DNA from: an uncultured delta proteobacterium
GTDB taxonomy: Bacteria; Myxococcota_A; Polyangia; Polyangiales; B10-G4
NCBI GenBank assembly: GCA_963727445.1
Contig: CAVSGI010000014.1
Location: forward strand, 384,001 to 448,000
Direction: 5' to 3'
DNA: 64,000 nucleotides
Part shown: in pieces, positions 1 to 9,362 of the stretch
How positions within the stretch are numbered: position 1 is the first letter of the stretch
Layout: every line of letters starts with the position of its first letter
Made by a program: the position numbers and the translations under genes
The notes under the pieces: generated by a model
Databases searched by the model: none
Seen by the model: only the letters and a program-made list of their open reading frames with translations
What the model was told of the DNA's origin: nothing

Positions 1-742
1 AGGCGAGCCGTCGAACTTCACGCCGGGCGTATCGGCGCGCGCCCGCTCCACGCCGTCGACGTAGAGGATCGACTCCGAGCCGTTCCAGACGCCGACGGCG
101 AAGTGCCAGGCGTCGATCTCCACCCCGTCCGACCACTTGGCGAAGGTCTCGGAGGGGCAGTCGACGGTGCAGACCTTCCAGACGACGTCGTAGGTGCCGA
201 CGAGATCCGAGATCCTCGAAGGAGAGCTGAAAGGAGATGTCGCCCCCCGCAGTGCTCTGCGCGTAGACGACCTGCTGCGCGGGCCCGCGGCTGCGGGTCT
301 TGTACCAGGCGGTCACCGAGAAGGGCTGCCCCGACGCCCCGAAGTCGAGGACCGACGAGGTGTCGAAGAGGAGGTAGTCGTCGACCCCGTCGAACTCGTA
401 CGCGCCGCCGACCACGCCCGGCGCCGGGACCGGGCAGCGCCCGGGGTCACAGCGCGCGTTCTGGACCACCCCCAGCACGTCCATGGGAGGGTCGCCCGCG
501 GCTTCGTCGAGAGGCAGCCAGACGACGAGATCGGGGTCGCGGCCCGCGTCCACCGCGCCATCGCCGGCCGCGTCCGAAGCCATCCCGTCCGAGCTGGTCC
601 CGTCCATGGCTGCGTCCATAGCCCCGTCCATCGTCGCGTCCATGGGGCTGCCCGAATCGGCGGAGGACAGCGGCCCGAAGCCGATTCGACCACAGCCCAC
701 GAGGGCGAAACCCAGGCAGATCGCGCTGGACCGATGAGACAT
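1..742 (-). CDS. Lipoprotein with LamG-like/concanavalin A jellyroll domain (runs off the left edge; frameshift near 201-214)
   Basis: Manual translation from ATG at 742: MSHRSSAICLGFALVGCGRIGF (lipobox-like), DPDLVVWLPLDE, GAYEFDGVDDYL, FSVTAWYK; after the frame change, WHFAVGVWNGSESILYVDG. Absent from the ORF track because no stop lies in the window. Confidence 0.7.
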   Translation of the reverse strand, partial: MSHRSSAICLGFALVGCGRIGFGPLSSADSGSPMDATMDGAMDAAMDGTSSDGMASDAAGDGAVDAGRDPDLVVWLPLDEAAGDPPMDVLGVVQNARCDPGRCPVPAPGVVGGAYEFDGVDDYLLFDTSSVLDFGASGQPFSVTAWYKTRSRGPAQQVVYAQSTAGGDISFQLSFEDLGSRRHLRRRLEGLHRRLPLRDLRQVVGRGGDRRLALRRRRLERLGVDPLRRRRGAGARRYARREVRRLA

Positions 743-794
743 CCGCCTGGTCATCTTCACTGATCGCGCTCGGGCACGCTACCCTTGTCGGTGG

Positions 795-1793
795 ATGTAT
801 GCCTCGCTCGAGCTCGGGATCCTCTGTGCCCTCGTGGCCGCGTCCCTTCCGTCGAGCGCCCAGGCTCAACGCGACAGCCACGAACGGGTCGAGGCGGCGG
901 AGAACGCCTATGACGAGGGCGTCCACCTCTATGAGGCCGGCGACTACATCGCCGCAGGGCAGGCCTTCGAACGCGCGGACGCGCTGTTGCCGGCGCGCGT
1001 GGCGATGGAGAACGCCATCCGGGCCTACCGCGAAGGCGGCGACGACCGGCGCGCGGCGACGGTGGCGACCGCGCTGGTGGAGCGCGATCTCTCCGCGCGG
1101 CGGCAGGCACGCTTCGTGCCCGGGGTCGCAAACGATTCCTTCAAGGTCATCGTGACCTGCGACGCCTCCTGCACCCTCGCCGTGGACGGTCAAGAGACGC
1201 GCTATCGCACCTTCTTCTTCGCGCCGAACGAGCCCCACTTCTTCCGGGCCACCTTCGACGTGGGCGTGCGCGAGACCGCATCGACGGGTGAGGCCGGCGA
1301 GGTGCGGGAGCTGGTGCTCGAGGCGCCGGCGCCGGGCGAGGAAGGACACGGCGAGGGCCTGACGAGCGCGGGCGACGAGGAAGAGGAGGAAGACGAAGGG
1401 GGCGGGGACGAAGACACCCTCGGCGGGACGGGCAGCGACGATGCAGGCGGCGGCATCGGGGTGATCCCGCTCTGGGCGACCCTCGCCGCGGCCGCGGTGA
1501 CCGTCGGGCTGGTGGGCGTCACCATCTGGTCCGGCATCGACACCACGAACGCGCGCACCGATTACGACGCCTCCCGCACCCTGGACAAGCTCGATGCGGG
1601 GCAGGCCAGGGAGACGCGCACCAACGTGCTGCTCGGCGCCGCGATCGGCCTGGGCGTGATCACCGCGGCGATGGCGATCTTCACGGATTGGGGCGGCGGC
1701 GACGAGAGCGACGAGGCAGACAGCAGCGTGCGTTTCGGCGTGGGCCCAATGGACGGGGGCGCCCTCGCGTCCATATCCGGGAGGATTCCGTGA
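795..1793 (+). CDS. Exported TPR-like/PEGA-associated membrane protein (myxobacterial type)
   Basis: Signal peptide, TPR-like helix pair ([23 protein letters not shown]), acidic linker, two C-terminal hydrophobic segments; stop overlaps the kinase start (GTGA). Confidence 0.6.
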   Translation: MYASLELGILCALVAASLPSSAQAQRDSHERVEAAENAYDEGVHLYEAGDYIAAGQAFERADALLPARVAMENAIRAYREGGDDRRAATVATALVERDLSARRQARFVPGVANDSFKVIVTCDASCTLAVDGQETRYRTFFFAPNEPHFFRATFDVGVRETASTGEAGEVRELVLEAPAPGEEGHGEGLTSAGDEEEEEDEGGGDEDTLGGTGSDDAGGGIGVIPLWATLAAAAVTVGLVGVTIWSGIDTTNARTDYDASRTLDKLDAGQARETRTNVLLGAAIGLGVITAAMAIFTDWGGGDESDEADSSVRFGVGPMDGGALASISGRIP

Positions 1794-3901
1794 CCGCCCG
1801 GGTGCCCAAGGAGAAACCGCGCAAGAAGAAGCGCCGCGACGACCTCGTCGGTCGGGTCGTCGGTGGGCGTTATCAGCTGCTCTTGCGCCTGGCCTCGGGC
1901 GGGATGGGCTCGGTCTACGCGGGGCGCGCGGTGGGCGCGGGCGGCTTCGAGCGCCGGCTGGCGATCAAGCTGCTGCACGAGCACCTCGCCGAGCGCGAGA
2001 AGTTCGTCGCGATGTTCCTCGACGAGGCGCGCCTGGCGGCGAAGATCCATCACCCGAACGTCGTGTCCACCATCGACGTCTTCGAGTGGGACGAGCGCTA
2101 CTACCTGGTCATGGAGTACGTGGAGGGCCTCGAGCTCGGGCGCCTTCTGCACTCCGCGCTCCAGCAGCGGGACAAGCTGCCGGTGCGGGTGGTGCTGCGC
2201 ATCATCCTCGACGCCCTGTCCGGCCTGGTGGCGGCGCACGAGCTCACGGACAAGGACGGAAAGCCCCTCAACCTCGTCCATCGCGACATCTCTCCGCAGA
2301 ACATCCTCGTCGGCGCCGACGGCATCTCGCGCCTCACGGATTTCGGCGTCGCCAAGGCCGAAGACCGCATCCACGTGACCCAGGGCGCCGAGTTCAAGGG
2401 CAAGGTCGCTTACGCCGCGCCCGAGCAGCTCGAGCACTCGCTGGTGGAGCAGCGCTCGGACGTCTTCGCGATGGGGATCATCCTGTGGGAGACGCTCACC
2501 CAGAAGCGGCTCTTCAAGGCGAAGGACAAGCACGGCATCCGGCGGATGGTGCTCGCAGGGGACTACCCGCCGCCATCGAGCATCGACCCGTCGCTCCTGC
2601 CCTTCGACCACATCATCGAAAAGGCGATGGCGCGCGAGCTCGCCAATCGGACGCCCAGCGCTGCGGCGCTGATGCTGGAGGTCGAGGAGATCGCAGCGAC
2701 GATCGGCGGCCCCGCGAGCCCCAACGACGTGCGCAACTGGGTGCGAAGCCTGGCCGGCGAGCATCTCAAGGAGCGCGCTGACGAGCTGCGCGAAGCGGAG
2801 ACGCAGGTGCCCTACCCCTCGGAGGTGGTGAGCGTGCCGCCCTCCGCGCCGGGCAGCGGCAGGGGCGCGCCCCCGGCGGTGCCGGACCAGAGCGAGGTCG
2901 TGCCCTCGATGGGCGGCGGCGCGGCCCTCGCCGACGAGGCCGGTCCGACGCTCAGGGATCCACCCCAGCGCGGCGACGCCGTCACGCAGACGAGCAAACC
3001 TCAGCGCTCCGATCCGGCGGACGACGCACCGACCCGCCTCGCCGACCGTTCCCAGGTGGGGCTCGGCGCGGACGCGCGCGCCGACGCCGACTCCTTCGAC
3101 AACAGCGCCACGCGAAAGTACGAGCGCCCCGACTCCGGCCAGAGCGACGACGACCTGCCCCCGCTTCATCAGCTCCGAACCGACCCCAGCGACATCAGCG
3201 TCGAGCTGCTCGAGAGCGAGCCCCGCCTCGAGTCGGGGGTGGAGCGGACGGGCGGCCACTCCCGCGCCCTCGGCCAGGACCCCTTCGGCGAAGAGGACCG
3301 CAAGGCCACGACCAGCGTCATCGACGAGGTCGCCGCCCGCCACCAGCGCCTGCTGTGGGCCGGCGCGGTGGTGATGCTGCTCCTCGCCGCGGGCATCGTG
3401 GGCACGGTGATCGCGATGGCGGTCTCGGACGACGAGGCGGCGCCGGCGCCGGCGAGGATGCAGGTGGTGGAGCCGGAAGGGGGAGGGGGAACGGGAACGG
3501 AAACGGGAACGGGAGCGGGAACGGGAACGGGAACGGGAACGGGAGCGGGAACGGGAACGGGAACGGGAACGGGAGCGGGAACGGGAACGGGAACGGGAGC
3601 GGGAGCGGGAACGGGAACGGGAACGGGAACGGGAACGGGAACGGGAACGGGAGCGGGAACGGGAACGGGAACGGGAACGGGGACGGGGACGGGGACGGGA
3701 GCGGGAGTGGAGGCGGGGGCCGCGGTTACCGAACCACTTATCGAAGTGTCGATGCGGCGGCGGGCGGGGATGCGGCGAGCGACGATGCGCGTCGAGGCGA
3801 TGACGACCACGACGACGACCACCACTGAGCCCACGCCGCCGCCCACGATGGAGGCCGAGACGGCGATGGGGATGCCGGACAACCCCTACCGCGACCTCTG
3901 A
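1790..3901 (+). CDS. Membrane-anchored Ser/Thr protein kinase
   Basis: [23 protein letters not shown] and YAAPE motifs; TM segment [25 protein letters not shown]; Gly-Thr repeat tail. Confidence 0.92.
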   Translation: MTARVPKEKPRKKKRRDDLVGRVVGGRYQLLLRLASGGMGSVYAGRAVGAGGFERRLAIKLLHEHLAEREKFVAMFLDEARLAAKIHHPNVVSTIDVFEWDERYYLVMEYVEGLELGRLLHSALQQRDKLPVRVVLRIILDALSGLVAAHELTDKDGKPLNLVHRDISPQNILVGADGISRLTDFGVAKAEDRIHVTQGAEFKGKVAYAAPEQLEHSLVEQRSDVFAMGIILWETLTQKRLFKAKDKHGIRRMVLAGDYPPPSSIDPSLLPFDHIIEKAMARELANRTPSAAALMLEVEEIAATIGGPASPNDVRNWVRSLAGEHLKERADELREAETQVPYPSEVVSVPPSAPGSGRGAPPAVPDQSEVVPSMGGGAALADEAGPTLRDPPQRGDAVTQTSKPQRSDPADDAPTRLADRSQVGLGADARADADSFDNSATRKYERPDSGQSDDDLPPLHQLRTDPSDISVELLESEPRLESGVERTGGHSRALGQDPFGEEDRKATTSVIDEVAARHQRLLWAGAVVMLLLAAGIVGTVIAMAVSDDEAAPAPARMQVVEPEGGGGTGTETGTGAGTGTGTGTGAGTGTGTGTGAGTGTGTGAGAGTGTGTGTGTGTGTGAGTGTGTGTGTGTGTGAGVEAGAAVTEPLIEVSMRRRAGMRRATMRVEAMTTTTTTTTEPTPPPTMEAETAMGMPDNPYRDL
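3487..3710 (+). repeat. (GGGAAC/GGGAGC/GGGGAC)n hexamer tandem array inside the kinase gene, encoding Gly-Thr/Gly-Ala repeats
   Basis: About 37 tandem hexamer units read directly. Confidence 0.95.
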
Positions 3902-3940
3902 ACCGTGCCGCCACGCCGGAAAGGCGGCATACTCCCCCGC

Positions 3941-4798
3941 ATGATGCGCGGTCCTCTCGCGACGCTCGGCGCCCTCGCCATCGGGGGTTTGGCCGTCGTG
4001 CTCGCGGGATGCGACACCTTCCCTGACACCTTCGACTGCACAGCCGACAGCCAATGTCGAAGGGGCTCCGCCCGCGGGCTCTGCGTCGGCGGCGCCTACT
4101 GCGCCTTCGACGACTCGAGCTGCTCGGCCACCGGGCTCCGCTACGACCGAACGGCCGGCGGCGGCAACGCGGGCCAGTGCGTGCCCCCCGGCGGCACCCG
4201 CGACACCGGCACCTTCCCCGACGAGGGCCTCCTCAACGACTGCGGCGGCACGGGAACCCTGCCCGCCCGCGTGCTCGACCCCTGCGGCAACTGCCTGCTC
4301 GGCCGCTATCAATGCGATGGTCAGAACGCGCTTCGCTGCGAGGGCGACCCGACCAACGAGGTGGACATCACGAGCGAGGGCTACGTGAGCGCGTCGAGCA
4401 CCTACAACGCGAGCTTCATGGCCGCCAACGCCGTCGACGGCAGCCGGATGACCTCCTGGTTCTCGGCCGGCCCGGAGGGCGACGGTTCACCCACGACCTT
4501 CGACTGGGAAGTCCGCGACGACGAGTGCATCGTCGGCATCGACTTCTACGGCAACGGCGACAACGCCGACGCGATGTACCGCACCGACTACGGCTTCGGC
4601 TCGATGACGGTGCAGATCCTCGACGCCGCCGACGGGGTCCAGGCCTCGGACAGCCGCATGCTCGCGGGCACGCCCGACCCGGAGCAGCACATCGACATCC
4701 AGGGCTACGGGCGCACGGTGCGGCTGCTCTTCACCGGCCACGAGTCGCCGGACTGCGGCGGCTTCAGCGAGCTGGTGGTCACCGCCGCACGACCTTAG
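3941..4798 (+). CDS. Cys-rich lipoprotein with C-terminal discoidin (F5/8 type C)-like domain
   Basis: Lipobox LAGC, Cys-rich N-terminal region, SASSTY...ANAVDGSRMTSWFS...FSELVV. Confidence 0.65.
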   Translation: MMRGPLATLGALAIGGLAVVLAGCDTFPDTFDCTADSQCRRGSARGLCVGGAYCAFDDSSCSATGLRYDRTAGGGNAGQCVPPGGTRDTGTFPDEGLLNDCGGTGTLPARVLDPCGNCLLGRYQCDGQNALRCEGDPTNEVDITSEGYVSASSTYNASFMAANAVDGSRMTSWFSAGPEGDGSPTTFDWEVRDDECIVGIDFYGNGDNADAMYRTDYGFGSMTVQILDAADGVQASDSRMLAGTPDPEQHIDIQGYGRTVRLLFTGHESPDCGGFSELVVTAARP

Positions 4799-5504
4799 AG
4801 AGCTTCTCGATCTCGCGCGCGCGCAGCGGACGGTACTCGCCGGGCCTCAGGCCGTCGATGCTCACCCCGGCGAAGGAGGTGCGCGACAGGCGCATCACCC
4901 GCCGCCCGAGGGCGTCACCCATCCGCCGGATCTGCCGGTTCTTGCCTTCCTTGAGGGTCAGCTGGATCCAGGTGTGCCCCTTCTCCTGCCTGAGAACGAA
5001 GCACTCGGCGGGCTTGGTGACGTAGCCGTCGTCGAGCTTGACGCCGTTTCGGATCCGATCGAGCTCGGGCACGTCGAGGTGGCCCTTGAGCTTGACCACG
5101 TAGACCTTGGGCACGTCGCGGGCGGGCCTGAGCAGCGCCTCGCTCATCTCACCGTCGTTGGTGAGCAGGAGCGCGCCGCTGGTGTGGTAGTCGAGGCGAC
5201 CGACGGGAAAGACCCGCTCGGGGATCCCCTTCAGGTAGTCCTGGACGGTCTCGCGCCCCTCGGGATCGGACAGCGTGCTCACCACCGCGCGCGGCTTGTT
5301 GAGGACGTAATAAGCCGGCTTCTCGCGCACGATGCGCCGTCCGTCGACCTCGATCTTGTCGCGGCGCGCGTCGGCCTTCGTGCCCAGCTCGCTCACCACG
5401 CGACCGTTCACGCGCACCCGGCCCTCGGTGATCAGCTTCTCCGAGGCGCGGCGCGAGGCGACCCCGGCCGCAGCCAGGATCTTCTGAAGGCGTTCCTTGG
5501 CCAT
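4779..5504 (-). CDS. rluB: rRNA pseudouridine synthase (RluB/RsuA family)
   Basis: S4 domain ERLQKILAAAGVASRR, GRLD catalytic motif, EGKNRQIRRM. Confidence 0.9.
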   Translation of the reverse strand: MAKERLQKILAAAGVASRRASEKLITEGRVRVNGRVVSELGTKADARRDKIEVDGRRIVREKPAYYVLNKPRAVVSTLSDPEGRETVQDYLKGIPERVFPVGRLDYHTSGALLLTNDGEMSEALLRPARDVPKVYVVKLKGHLDVPELDRIRNGVKLDDGYVTKPAECFVLRQEKGHTWIQLTLKEGKNRQIRRMGDALGRRVMRLSRTSFAGVSIDGLRPGEYRPLRAREIEKLSKVVRR

Positions 5505-6263
5505 TCAGACGGCGTCGGGGTCTTGTCCGCCCTCGTCGTCCGTGGCGCCTTCCACGTCTTCGGCGTCTTCCTGCGCCGCTTCCTGCGCCCGGCGCTCCTC
5601 TTGCTCGCGCCGGAACTCCTCGTCGCGATCCCAGCGGTCGACGCGTCCGTCGCCGTCGAGGTCCTCGCCCATGCGGATCATCCGGCCGTCTTCGTAGTAC
5701 TCCCAGCGGTCTGGCTGCCAGTTGGTGGCGGTGCTGCGCCCCGCCATGTCGCGCTCGGCGCGCACCGGGTGGCCGTCCTCGTAGTAGATCTTGGTGTCGA
5801 CCCGGCCGTTGCCCGCCGTGTCCTGCTCGATGCGGACGATGCGACCATCTTCGAAGAAGATGATCTCGTCCATCTGGCCGTCGAGGTTGCGGTCGGCCTC
5901 TTCGCGCAGGGGCCGCCCTTCGTCGGTGTAGTAGCGCACGACGTCCTTGACGCCGTCGCCGTTGAGGTCGGCCTCGCGACAGACGAGGACCAAACGGATC
6001 GCCGGGGGATCCCCGACCCGGAGAAAGACCTTGCGGACGTCGGGCCATTCGTCGCCCGTGGTGTCGTATTCGCTGACCTCGTGCCGCTGGTCCTCGCCCT
6101 GACAGCGGCTCGCGTCGTCCGGCCGCTGCGAGCCGCCGCTCATGGAGCGCGAGCGTCCTTCGCCCTCGGCGAGCCCTTCGGGTCGGTCCGCCGAGCGCTG
6201 GTCACCACCGCAAGCGGCGGCGAGCGCGGCACAGAGGAGCGCGAGGGAAAGCGCGCGATTCAT
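5505..6263 (-). CDS. Lipoprotein with repeated DxN/DxDG (EF-hand-like) beta-hairpin units
   Basis: Lipobox LAAAC; repeats DLNGDGVKD, DRNLDGQMD, DTAGNGRVD, DLDGDGRVD. Confidence 0.7.
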   Translation of the reverse strand: MNRALSLALLCAALAAACGGDQRSADRPEGLAEGEGRSRSMSGGSQRPDDASRCQGEDQRHEVSEYDTTGDEWPDVRKVFLRVGDPPAIRLVLVCREADLNGDGVKDVVRYYTDEGRPLREEADRNLDGQMDEIIFFEDGRIVRIEQDTAGNGRVDTKIYYEDGHPVRAERDMAGRSTATNWQPDRWEYYEDGRMIRMGEDLDGDGRVDRWDRDEEFRREQEERRAQEAAQEDAEDVEGATDDEGGQDPDAV

Positions 6264-7147
6264 TGCTCGACCTCCACCTCGTCGAAGTCGCTCGGCACGT
6301 CGGCGGCCGAGCTCGCGTCGCCATCTTCGGGATCGCCAGACTCGGTGTCGTCGGTGCTGGCGTCATCTCCCTCGCCCTCGCCCTCGCCCTCGCCTTCCCC
6401 TTCGCCGCCTTCGCCCTCAGCGGGCTGATCGGCGGCAGCGGCGGCCTGCTCGGCCTGCTCGGCCAGCGGTCGCCCATCGCAGCTCACGGCTTCGTCGGGC
6501 GGGCCCGCTTCGCTCGCCGCGATCTCCTCCGACCGGTCCGGACGCCCGTCACCATCGGTGTCGTAGCGGACCTCGACCAGGCGACCGTTGTTGAAGACCT
6601 CCCACTTCTCGGGGCGGCCGTCGTTGTTGTCGTCGTAGCGCGCCTGGGAGAGGATCCCACGCTCGTACTCCTCCCAGGTGTCCGGCTCACCGGCGTGCTG
6701 CCGGTCGCGCTCTGCCCGCGCCACCATCCCGTCCTCGCACCACATCCAGGTGTCGATGACGTTGTCGAAGTTGGTGTCGAGCTCCTTGCGGACGAGCTTG
6801 CCGCCCTCGTAGTAGCTGATCTGATCGATGCGGCCGTCGAAGTCGAAATCGTGCTCTTCGCGGATGGGGTGCTCCCCGTCCTGGGCGTAGAAGCGCGTGA
6901 TGTCGACCTGGCCGTCGAAGTTCATGTCGATCTCGGAGCAAACGCGCCGCGAGCCATCGAAGTGATGCCGGATGTCCGGGACGCCGTCGTTGTTCACGTC
7001 CACCGCCTGGACGTTGCCGGTGCACTGCTGCCGGACGGACTCGTCCCCCCGGGACCCCCGGAGGCCTTCCTCGTTCTCCAGATTCTCGTCGCCTCCGCCA
7101 CAGGCCGAGAAGCCGAGGACGAGGGCGAGAGCCAAAAAGACCTTCAT
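6260..7147 (-). CDS. Lipoprotein with repeated DxN/DxDG units, paralog of the neighbour
   Basis: Start MKVFLALALVLGFSAC with GAGGTG RBS; repeats DVNNDGVPD, DMNFDGQVD, DFDFDGRID, DDNNDGRPE, DTDGDGRPD; acidic tail. Confidence 0.7.
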   Translation of the reverse strand: MKVFLALALVLGFSACGGGDENLENEEGLRGSRGDESVRQQCTGNVQAVDVNNDGVPDIRHHFDGSRRVCSEIDMNFDGQVDITRFYAQDGEHPIREEHDFDFDGRIDQISYYEGGKLVRKELDTNFDNVIDTWMWCEDGMVARAERDRQHAGEPDTWEEYERGILSQARYDDNNDGRPEKWEVFNNGRLVEVRYDTDGDGRPDRSEEIAASEAGPPDEAVSCDGRPLAEQAEQAAAAADQPAEGEGGEGEGEGEGEGEGDDASTDDTESGDPEDGDASSAADVPSDFDEVEVEQ

Positions 7148-7236
7148 TTTCACCTCGATAGACGCTGGAGCATACGCTGGGGGGAAAGGGGCGACAAGCA
7201 GGGGAAAAAGGTCCTCAAATTGAGCCCCTGCGCCGT

Positions 7237-7265
7237 TTGACAGTATGTGTGTGGCCATGTACCTT
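7237..7265 (+). promoter_or_regulatory. Sigma70-type promoter for the RHH gene and lepA
   Basis: TTGACA (7237-7242), 17-nt spacer, TACCTT (7260-7265). Confidence 0.65.
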
Positions 7266-7286
7266 CACGCGAATTCGGGACGACCC

Positions 7287-7499
7287 ATGGCTCGCAAGAA
7301 GATCTCGACGACGATCTACATCACGCCGGAGCAGAACGAGAAGCTGAAGCTCCTGCACCAGCGGACGAAGGTCCCGGTGGCGGTCTACATCCGCGAAGGG
7401 ATCGACCTGGTCCTCGAACGACACGAGGAACAGCTCCCCGGTCAGCTTTCGCTGGACACGACGGCCGCGGCGAAGAAGAAGAAGCGCTCCAGCGGCTGA
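7287..7499 (+). CDS. Ribbon-helix-helix DNA-binding protein
   Basis: MARKKISTTIYITPEQNEKLKLLHQRTKVPVAVYIREGIDLVL fits the RHH pattern. Confidence 0.8.
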   Translation: MARKKISTTIYITPEQNEKLKLLHQRTKVPVAVYIREGIDLVLERHEEQLPGQLSLDTTAAAKKKKRSSG

Positions 7500-7532
7500 T
7501 CGACATCATCGTCGATACACGACCGACGTTGT

Positions 7533-9342
7533 ATGGCCTACGACATCTCCCGGATCCGCAACTTCTCCATCATCGCGCACATCGACCACGGCAAGAGCAC
7601 GCTGGCCGATCGCATCCTCGACGTGACGGGCGCGCTGACCGAGCGCGAAGCCAAGGAGCAGTTCCTCGACAAGATGGACCTCGAGCGCGAGCGAGGGATC
7701 ACCATCAAGGCGCAAACGGTGCGCCTCCGCTACAAGGCGGAGGACGGCGTCGAGTACCAGCTCAGCTCATCGACACGCCGGGGCACGTCGACTTCAGCTA
7801 CGAGGTGAGCCGCGTCTCTGCAGGCCTGCGAAGGAGCGCTCCTGGTGGTGGACGCGACCCAGGGCGTCGAAGCGCAGACCCTCGCCAACGTCTACCTCGC
7901 CATCGAGAACGACCTCGAGATCATCCCGGTCTTCAACAAGATCGATCTGCCGAGCGCGGACGTGGACCGAACGACGCAGGAGGTCGAGCAGGTGATCGGC
8001 CTCGACTGCGAACGAGGTCTTCCCGGTCAGCGCGAAGACCGGTGAGGGCGTCAAGGAGGTCCTCGAGGCGATTTGTCGCCGCGTGCCGCCGCCCAGGACG
8101 AACGAGGATCCGGAGGCGCCCCTGCGCGCGCTCCTCTTCGACAGCTGGTACGACCCCTACCGCGGCGCGATGATGATGGTGCGCGTGGTCGACGGCACCC
8201 TGAAGAAGGGCGACAAGGTTCGGATGATGGCCGCCAAGGCGGACTACGATGTCACCGAGCTGGGCGTGTTTGCGCCTTTTCCCGTCGCGGTGGACGAGCT
8301 CGGGCCGGGCGAGGTCGGCTTCGTGTCAGCGTCGATCAAGAGCATCCACGACACCAAGGTCGGCGACACCCTGACCCACGCGCGCAAGCCCGCCACCGCG
8401 CCGCTTCCGGGCTTCAAAGACGTCAAGCCGATGGTGTTCTGCGGGATCTTCCCCACCGACAGCGACCAGTACCCGGAGCTCCGCGACGCCCTCGACAAGC
8501 TGCACCTCAACGACGCAGCCTTCGTCTTCGAGCCGGACACCTCCGAGGCGCTGGGCTTCGGCTTTCGCTGCGGCTTCCTCGGACTGCTCCACATGGACGT
8601 GATCCAGGAGCGCCTCGAGCGCGAGTACGACCTGGACCTGATCACCACCGCGCCGAGCGTCGTGTACAAGGTGCACAAGATCGACGGCGAGGTGCTCGAG
8701 GTCGAGAACCCTTCGAAGCTCCCCGATCCGCAGTACATCCAGCACATCGAAGAGCCCTACTTCCGGGTGAGCATCCACGTCCCGGCGCAGTTCGTCGGCG
8801 CGGTGCTCAAGCTCTGCGAGGACCGCCGCGGCGAGCAGCAGGGCATCAACTACGTCACGCCCGAGCGCGTGATCATCACCTACGACCTGCCGCTGGCCGA
8901 GGTGCTCTTCGACTTCTTCGACAAGCTCAAGAGCGCGACCAAGGGCTACGCCTCGATGGACTACGAGCTGGTCGGCTACCGGCCCAACAAGCTGGTGCGC
9001 GTCGACATGCTGCTGAACGGCGACAAGGTCGACGCGCTCAGCGCCATCGTCCACAAGGACAAGGCGTACTATCTCGGGCGCGGGCTCGCGGAGAAGCTCA
9101 AGAAGATCGTTCCGCGCCAGCAGTACGAGGTCGCGATCCAGGCGGCCATCGGCAACAAGGTCATCGCCCGCGAGACGGTGCGGGCGCTCCGCAAGGACGT
9201 CACGGCGAAGTGCTACGGCGGCGACATCAGCCGAAAGCGCAAGCTCCTCGAGAAGCAGAAAGAGGGCAAGAAGCGCATGAAGAACGTGGGCAGCGTGGAG
9301 ATCCCGCAGGAAGCGTTCCACGCCATCCTCACGGTGGATTGA
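7533..9342 (+). CDS. lepA: Elongation factor 4 (LepA); split by several frameshifts at ~7765-8075
   Basis: [77 protein letters not shown], spread across frames. Confidence 0.95.
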
Positions 9343-9362
9343 TTCGAGCTATCTTTTCCGCG

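Noticed and set aside
1562..4312. 916 aa minus-strand ORF with an RS-repeat tract
   Set aside because: Antisense shadow of the kinase; the RS tract is the hexamer array read in reverse.
6370..6420. CCCTCG hexamer run
   Set aside because: Short coding repeat for a Glu-Gly acidic tail; ordinary low-complexity linker.
7533..8100. Programmed frameshifting or pseudogenisation of lepA, and likewise ftsH and secD
   Set aside because: Multiple scattered indels in conserved genes without in-frame decay are better explained by sequencing error.
8073..9362. N-terminal extension of the 1277 aa HEAT ORF
   Set aside because: Off-frame overlap with lepA; the plausible start is ATG 9363.
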